This document shows, piece after piece, positions 55,874-64,000 of a stretch of 64,000 nt of DNA; position 1 is the first letter of the stretch; the number at the start of each line of letters is the position of its first letter. The notes below the pieces were generated by a model that was not told the DNA's origin, did not search any database, and was given only the letters and a program-made list of their open reading frames with translations. A program made the translations under genes and the position numbers. Source of the stretch: Syncephalis fuscata S228 (Eukaryota; Fungi; Zoopagomycota); NCBI GenBank assembly GCA_025786725.1, contig JAHLTZ010000017.1, positions 186,001 to 250,000 on the forward strand, read 5' to 3'.

Positions 55874-58218
55874 TTTGGCCTATGCATGGCATCACTCCGA
55901 TTTATTCCGAAAAAAGACAAACAATTCACGTTTCTCGATATATTATTGCAATTCCAGCAACTATTCCGTATTACTTTAGTAACCACAATCATCATTGATC
56001 CATAGACTATTATGACTGTTTATAATTACTATAATTATCGTAATTAAGAATGGCTAATACTGATCTATAGATCAAGATGGTCAGATAATCATTAGGACAC
56101 GCTGATATTCATTTTTACAGTTTTTTTTACTTATCTTTATCACCGCTGCTTCTATCTTTGGTGTAAATAATTCTTTTTATTATTTCCTTCTTTTTTACTT
56201 CTTTGAATTAGATGTTGTTTTCTAGGCCCATTTCCACGTGTATGCTTAGCTTTCCGTTTCATGCCTATTTTTTTTCTTTTTTTTAACAACTCTACAAATA
56301 CTTTCCTTGTTTTTACGAATAGTAGCCACCATTATGAAATATATGACATGGGGCCTTCTCCTACCAACTCTGTTGGTTTCCGTGTATTGTTATTGTGTAC
56401 TTTTAGTTTTGATAGACTGTTTTACTAACCAGTGACCATTTTTTGCCATAATAATAATAGTAATATTAATATTATTAATAAATTTTGTCTACAGAATCCA
56501 ATGCATACAATGTTGTTTATCTTTTATTAATACAAATTGTTATGCACACATTGAATGGTATGTTTTAATGGTAATTAATTAATATACAATATCCCTTACA
56601 TTCATTAATACAAAATACTATTTGATTTCATTGAAACATTTGAGGTCAACCATTGTTGTTGCTGGTCATGTATAAAAAGATTGATTGAATATTAACATAT
56701 TACAATGAGTTACATTTACTACAATTGCAACCATGTTAGCTATTTTAGCAATAACATCAACAATTGTTTAGTTGCTCTATTTGATTGTGCTAGTGTTGTT
56801 GCGCTAATATACACATGCTATATATACCCATCACCTTGCTTGATTAACATTAAAATCATAACTAATTGACATGATCTGGTTTATTTATAAATAATCTTAA
56901 TAAAACATAACCCGTTCATATCCATATTGTTTGCTCTATCAATATAACTCAGTGAACAAACTAAGTGCGATAAGTTAAGTTTATTAATAAAAGAACTGGA
57001 ACCATATCGACAACGACTATATACAGCGTATAGCCAATATATAATAAAATAATAAACATTATAATGAATACGCAATATTGAACAAGATTAGCAATGTTAG
57101 AGTTATTGAGCAGATGACCGACATTAGTCGACATTTATTAACAATAGTGCTAGAACAAAAATAAAACCAGTTTTGGATACAGAAGACTATGCAAGTATAG
57201 AATGATATATAAAATGATGAATGTAAGGTAAGAAGGCATATAACACGATGTCAAAGTTATAGTGCATATAGTGCAATGAGTGAAGTGAGTAAAGTTTATC
57301 AGAACATATAAGCAATAGAATGCGTCTAGTATATCATATAGTGCTATATAGTAGTGTGGGATATATTGAAAGTGATATAAATGAATAAATATATATGTAT
57401 ACTGAGTATATGCATATTAAATAATAAATCTATAATGATGAGTATTTTGGACCCTGACGTGGATTACTCCTAGTTTCATGTTCAACAGAAAGAAAGTTTA
57501 ATTTAAAAGCGTAAATATTGTTAAATGTGGCCATTTTACATCCAAATTACAATAAATGACTAGTAAACTGTTTAATGTAAAATAAATACCTGATTTAATT
57601 AATAAATGAAATTATATATACAATATTCTAATAAAAGCCATAAGTCGAATGGCATTATACATATAAGGACTATGAACAAATTGAAATACAAATGAAAGAA
57701 TTGTTCAAGTGATAGAATAAAAGAAAAAAATTAATTGCATAAATACAAATAGAATTATAAAACAATGGATGTAATAAGAAGAACAGATCATAAGCAATGG
57801 TTAAAGTGGAATTTGAGCCTCATATCTTTATTTCCAAAAAAAAGTCAGGGGCTCAAAGTAAAGTAGCTTTTTAACTATTATACAATTCCATCTACTTGCT
57901 ATCAGTACAAATCAGTAAACGTGCACAGTACATAGTGCTTGATGCATATCTAACTAATTATATTGTTCAGCCAATTGGCTTTATTTGAGATTATTTGACT
58001 AATTTGGATTCTATAAAGTTTGTTCAGTTGTATTTGGCTGGCTTATCAGAAAAGTGGCCTTAGATACTAGCATGGGAGTCGATATGCCGATAAAAAAGTA
58101 GCACATTTCTCCTTAATATTTAATAGTAATGCTTCATTACTATTGACGCTACTACTTTTATTTTTCATTAACACGACCTATTCTACTGGCTCAAGCCTAA
58201 ACTTGAAAACTGTTTACT

Positions 58219-60980
58219 ATGGCGGATAACACGCCTGTTCATTCGAAAACGGACTCAACAACCCGTCAGCGCAGTCGTAATCGCTATCAAAATAACGACA
58301 GCGGCAATAATAGCGACAGTATCGCGACCGAGGTAACAGGCAGTCAAACGATTCCTAATGAACATTCTGCCAACGCGCAAACCAATAATACAACAGCTAC
58401 TAAGGCAAAGCACAGAAAGCCCAGACGACCACGTCGCTCAATGTCTGTCGAAGACTATGTGCACGACTCGTTTCTATACCACGTCAACGACGAAGACTAT
58501 ACCATGGTCGACGGCAGTGGCGTTAAACTATCAGATAACCGGCCTATTATACGACGACGTGTATTTTTTGCACTCGGTTTACTGCTCGGTCTGTTTATTG
58601 CAGTCAATTTTTCCTCGGACAATAGCCCGGAATTTCTACGTGTATTATCCGCATTTGTATCAATGCCTCTTGCCGATCTTAACTTTAGCGCGTTACTACC
58701 GGCCAATATTGGTGTTGACGAATTTCTAGGCAATATTACAGCAAAGCTAGGTCCAATCGCACCGGCCGAATCTGAATTATTTGAACCAGGTGCAACGATG
58801 GCACGTGAAGAAGGTTTAAAGGCCAAGCATCCAGTTATTTTAGTTCCAGGCATTATATCAACGGTAATAATAGAAATAGAAATACAAACACAAATACAAA
58901 TAATAGTATTGAATAAGTGATTAATGATAATGCGTGTAATAGGGACTAGAAAGTTGGAGTACCTCGGAATGTTCTCGTAAATACTTTCGACATCGTATGT
59001 GGGGCACAATTAGTACGTAATTAGCTGTTTGATGATAAATAATTAATGTAAAATGTATTGCTGTTTTTTATTAGCTATGTTCCGAGCTGTGCTACTTGAT
59101 AAAGCTTGCTGGACAGAACATATGCTTCTAGATCCAGAAACAGGACTCGATCCACCTAATGTCAAACTACGCGCGGCACAAGGTAAGTAATAAATTTAAT
59201 TATTACAATTGTTATTTATCTAATAACTAATGATAGGATTGGACGCTGCCGATTATTTCATTGCTGGGTAAGTAATAATAAACTTGATAAACTTGATTAA
59301 ATATATAACCATTTACCGTTTACTACTAATCATTAGTTACTGGGTATGGGGTAAGTTAAATAATAATTAGATTAAAGTTATTTAATAATGAATAGGCAAG
59401 ATTATTGAGAACTTGGCAGCCATTGGCTACGATAATAATAATATGCATCTGGCGGCCTATGATTGGCGGCTATCATTTGCTAATCTTGAAAAGCGCGATC
59501 AGTACTTTTCAAAGTTAAAAGGTACAATTGAACTGGCCTGCAAGCTGGATAATCAAAAAGTTGTACTGGTGGCACATTCAATGGGTAAGTGGCTTTTATG
59601 CTATTAAATAGCAGCTAACAATTGCGATTATTATAGGAGCCAATGTACTTATGTATTTTTTAAAATGGGTTGAGTCGCCCTTGGGCGGTAATGGAGGTGC
59701 CACATGGGTCAACGATCATGTTCATACGTTTGTTAACTTGGCAGGCCCACTATTGGGACTACCTAAGACGGTGGCCTCGGTATTGAGCGGTGAAATGCGT
59801 GATACTGTACAACCGCTTGGCGAATATGTACTCGAACGTTTCTACTCAAAGGCTGAACGTGCAGCGCTTTTCCGTAGCTGGGGTGGGCTTTCAAGCATGT
59901 TGCCTAAAGGTGGCAATGCTTTATGGGGCGATGTAGAAACAGGTGCGCCTGACGATCTACCCGAAAGCAAGATCAGTTATAGCTCATTGCTTTATTTTCA
60001 TCCGGAACGTGAAAATCATATGGAAGATGAATGGAATCAGGAGAACAACACTAATACGACAGCTGATGGTCTGACGCCTCCTGCGTCATTTAGCAATATG
60101 ACAGTAGATGCCGCCCTTGAATTGCTTCATTCAACGGCTGGTGACAATTACAATCAAATGATTAAACGATACTATAGTTTAGGATTATCACCAACAGCCG
60201 ACGTTTTGGCCGAGTACGCGTCCCAGCATCAAACATGGTCCAATCCACTTGAAACAACACTGCCCAATGCACCCGACATGCAAATATACTGTTTGTATGG
60301 ACATGGCAAAGAAACAGAGCGAGGTTATGCGTATACGCGCACAGCACCTGCTCCATTACCAGTTGTAAATTCAGAGAATGCTGCCAACAACGACACGAAT
60401 AATCCACCACCACCTGTATGTATTGATAGCAGCTATTCTCGTGAAGACTATGGTATTGAAAATGGCGTGCTTGTTGGGGAAGGGTAAGATGGCTGATCAG
60501 CCATAATAACTCTACTTCTATATATATACTAATGATTTATAATATTGCAGCGATGGAACAGTCCCACTGATCTCTCTTGGATATATGTGCGTCGATGGCT
60601 GGCGTATTCCGCGATATAACCCGGCTCGTATTCCTGTTTATACGCGCGAATTTGTCCACCAGCCAACAAGTATTGTACGAAATATACGTGGCGGCGCCAA
60701 TAGTGCCGATCATGTTGATATTCTCGGTAATGCCGCGTTAACGGTAAGTAGCCAGGTAAATGATGTACGTTTTGTTTAATGCACTAATGCGTTATGCGGT
60801 AACTAGGCAACACTTCTCCGTATTGCTGCCGGCGCGGACGATAAAATACAATATAACGATATTACATCGTCAATTGAAGGTTACTCACGCCAGATAACGG
60901 CGCGAATACACACAGGAGAAATGTGGCCGTCGAATCCAGTGATGCACGAGTTGCCGACAGAAATAATGGAAGATTTATAA
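58219..60980 (+). CDS. LRO1: Phospholipid:diacylglycerol acyltransferase (LCAT family), multi-exon
   Basis: HPVILVPGIIST|GLESW, DPETGLDPP, AAYDWRLS, VAHSMG nucleophile elbow, SGEMRDT, CLYGHGK.TER.Y, GEG|DGTVP.ISLG and ADHVDILG. Confidence 0.95.
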
Positions 60981-62359
60981 TGATGCTAACACATACATTT
61001 TTAATAAAATACTGATAAGAAATATTTAAATAAAAAATAACGGATTACGATTAAATAAAAATGCAAATAGATTTATAATGGCTAGATTTGGGTCAAATGA
61101 CTTTTATTCTTAATGCATTATTGCTTCACTTGTTCTATAATGTACTGACATGTTGGATAGATTGACTTTTATTATTTATACTCCATTTATTGATAAATTA
61201 AACTCGGCTGTTTATAAATATTGACTGACAGGCTCACATCTCACAATCTACGTCATCACATTTCCCTTTCTCTTTCTTTACACTTGACAGCATATATCCA
61301 TTGCATATACTTGTACACTCCATATATACTAATGAGATAGTATTAGTAGTTGACTGAATACTAGTTGAGTACAAACACCTTTTACACTATGTCCTTGCAT
61401 TGCTCTTTTGTAATCTTACCTTTGTTACAAATCAGCTTTTATTGGCATGATAAGTGCATTTTTGGCTCTATTTATGTTGTTAAGCATATACCGTAAAAGT
61501 TTGTTTTATACTTTGCTCTTGTTATAGATTATTGTTGATTTATGGCAAACTAAAGCATACAGCAGTTTAATAGCATATGGCCGGCACAGCCATCGTGTAT
61601 TGCTGTCGTGTACATACAATAGAAACCGTATAGATGGTATTGCTAGTATAATTGCTGAGCAAGTTTTCAGCGTGAGTACAGCAGTGGGATCCGCTACTAT
61701 AGCTAATGCTGTATGTACACAGTTGTCAGTAAGATGGCGCTTTAATTATGTGCGCCGTTACCTCTCCACATATAACATGGTATTTAGGTATGAATATACA
61801 ATAAGAATAATAAGTAAATAATAGATATATGCATATTAGACAATAATTTACAATAATGGATATTTGATATTGATGTTACTCATCACCCATCATCATGTTC
61901 AATAGATTGAATGTGTAGTTCAATTACGCGAATGTTATTGAATAAAGTCATTTAGTTGTCAATATTGTCGCCATTTTAATGATGCAACTAGTCTTTCAAC
62001 GTCAAAACTAACCAGCCAAAAAACGTCAGTTAGTTATTAATGTCTCTGCCATTTAGATTATATCTTGTTAGTTTGATTTATTTATAAAGCTTTAAGCTTG
62101 TTATCTAATAATAAAACTGACAGGTAGCAGTTAAAGATATATTTTGAAGGTAATGATGTAATTTGGCATTGTCTACTGTCATTTAATGTCTTTTAATTTA
62201 CGGCTTAAAATAAAAAATTACACATATAAAGAAAATAATAGCACTTTTGATTTGCTTAACAACATTGAAGTCTTAATCCAACAAGTATATAGTTCTCTTA
62301 ACTATTATTGTGCAAAGCCATTGCAAATTGTCGGTCACTTTAAATCTTAATCATAAGTT

Positions 62360-62506
62360 ATGGAAAGCTTATCAATGTACATTGGACTGGGTATGCTGTT
62401 TGCTACTGTCACAGTATCAGTGGGCATATGTGGATTTCGTAGAACAAGACAAGTTCGCCCAGAAAGGGATGAGGATGTTGACCTTGATGAGGCTATTGGT
62501 AGATGA
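62360..62506 (+). CDS. Candidate 48-aa single-pass membrane microprotein
   Basis: MESLSMYIGLGMLFATVTVSVGICGFRRTRQVRPERDEDVDLDEAIGR*. Hydrophobic helix followed by RRTR and an acidic tail. Coincides with a GC-elevated island in AT-rich DNA. Confidence 0.5.
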   Translation: MESLSMYIGLGMLFATVTVSVGICGFRRTRQVRPERDEDVDLDEAIGR

Positions 62507-62877
62507 TTCCAGTCTAGCGTATAATGTTGCAACGTATAAACATTTATTAAAATGACATTTTTATTAAATGTTGCAAAAAATAAATTGAATACAGTTGTAT
62601 TGTTTAAATTTAAATATCGTGGATTTAAATGGCCGTCTAGTTATGTATAGTATATTTGACCAATAATATTATATACAGTTTTACTGTTCAATTAATTTTA
62701 TTAATAAAATCTGCGTTAATACATCAATATTCTAAATAGCAACACATCTGTGCAAAATGGTTATTTTAAATGTCAAATATATTTATACTTTTAATTAGTA
62801 AGTAAATAAAGCATGTTAAGTTCTAAAGTTTTATTTAAAAAATTCAATGGCTAATAACGTCAAAGATAGGTAGATAT

Positions 62878-64000
62878 CTATAATTTCTTCGTTTCTATGG
62901 GTTCATTCTTTTTGGCATCAATTTCGGCTAAGCTAAGGCGAAGTGCAGGAGTTGTTTGCAAACAAAGTTGCATTTCTTTTATAGCTTGTTTGTATGTCAA
63001 ATTATCTTTAAAATCATCATTTTGGGCTTTTTTAAAATCACCAGATAGAGCTTTTCTAAACGCCTTAAAGGAGCTTGATCTTCTTTTTTGAGAAGCCAGA
63101 ACTACTTTTACGTTCATTATAGGATTTATGCGGTTTTCAAGTATGTCCTTTCCAGTAAGAACATTGAAAATTGTAACGCCAAGAGCCCAGACGTCATGCT
63201 TGTCTTCATGTTCTGGATATTCATCAGAAAGACCTTCAGGTGGTACATATGCGGGAGCATGACTAAGCCCAGTTGTTAAAATGCGCTCTCCTTTGACATA
63301 AGACAAATCAAAATCAATGAGTGTAATCTGTGGCGGACTGGTAAGTCGAACCAGAATGTCTAGTACAATGGGATTATACATTAGTTAGTCAAATGTCAAT
63401 GTGTTATCGCAGCACAGTTTTTACTTACTATCTGGTTTGATATCACCATGCACAATTCCGGCGTGGTCATGAAGGAATCTTACTGCCTTTAATAACTGAC
63501 CAATGAGTGGTGCCAAAGTATCTCCATCGTAATTAATTCCATTCGAGCTGGCGTATTCCTTTAGCGTCACATCACCACCTAAAGACAAAACAAAACATTC
63601 AATGCCTTCGCGACTAAACGAATGTAGTCGCCGGACAATGTTATTGCCAACACCATATTTGTCTGGTTGTGCTGCTTCAATCAGCTAAGCGGCTCGTTAG
63701 TCAATCACACTCGTCTCAGCGGCAGCTTACCTCAAAAGCTTTGTTTTCGCGTCTAAAGGAGTCAGGTCTAGTTGGGCATTTAAGAAAGGCTGTTTCTTGA
63801 TTGTATTCCACGAAAGCCATTTTAACAGATCTTGGATTGCTGATCCATTTGGTGAATTTGATATTCTCTTGCTCAAATATAGCGATCAGTTTATTTATTG
63901 CAGTTTTTCCGACGATTGGATTTTTTGGTGCAACAAAGGTAGAACTTGGAGATAATGGTATTGTAATACTGGCCTGGCTGTAGGCAGTACAAAATATCCC
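62878..64000 (-). CDS. Atypical Ser/Thr protein kinase, 5' end outside window
   Basis: Spliced frame has AFLKC (beta3 Lys), RENKAF, HGDIKPD|NIL, IDFDLS, YVPPE and DVWALGVT. Introns at ~63359-63428 and ~63685-63730. Confidence 0.88.

Noticed and set aside
57813-57858. 10-bp inverted repeat tttgagcctc/ggggctcaaa; also a GC hairpin at 46475-46503
   Set aside because: Isolated hairpins with no second copy, TSD or RNA-family motif.
58497-59009. 170-aa antisense ORF over LRO1, and similar antisense ORFs over the SUN gene, POL2 and the ABC transporter
   Set aside because: Shadow ORFs of real coding sequence with no recognisable motifs.
61545-61725. Cys-rich open frame on the minus strand
   Set aside because: No start codon or signal peptide, and no similarity to the other Cys-rich gene.

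Overview
This is gene-dense, AT-rich fungal genomic DNA with short (40-100 nt) spliceosomal introns. The lineage-specific ORFs, atypical kinase and intron style resemble an early-diverging fungus, possibly a Zoopagomycota mycoparasite such as Syncephalis (inference only). Recognisable housekeeping genes: a SUN-domain protein, a RING-CH E3 ligase, IMP2, MRPL27, PUS1, an ERJ5-like J protein, IDH1, MYG1, RPP1, MEF1, an IFRD-family protein, POL2, SER3, an ABCC/MRP transporter, an Ecl1-family gene missed by the ORF track, LRO1 and a partial atypical protein kinase. Several essential genes carry single-base frameshifts, most likely assembly errors. The accessory DNA holds the most interesting signals. 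(1) A dispersed gene cassette occurs four times (~1.5-3.0, 20.5-22.8, 31.2-32.0 and 44.0-45.9 kb), sharing upstream region, signal-peptide exon and/or 3' flank. One copy is an intact intronless 6-Cys secreted peptide. The other three hold decayed arrays of apparent 3-nt micro-exons (tag|NNN|gtaag), suggesting a micro-exon secreted-peptide gene family. (2) Two copies form a near-identical 1.85-kb inverted duplication flanking 21.7 kb. (3) An ORF-free, GC-elevated ~550-nt segment at 19.55-20.1 kb folds into many helices with UUCG/GAAA tetraloops on the minus strand and is a candidate unannotated structured RNA. A decayed MuDR/MULE transposase and a 48-aa membrane microprotein candidate are also present.
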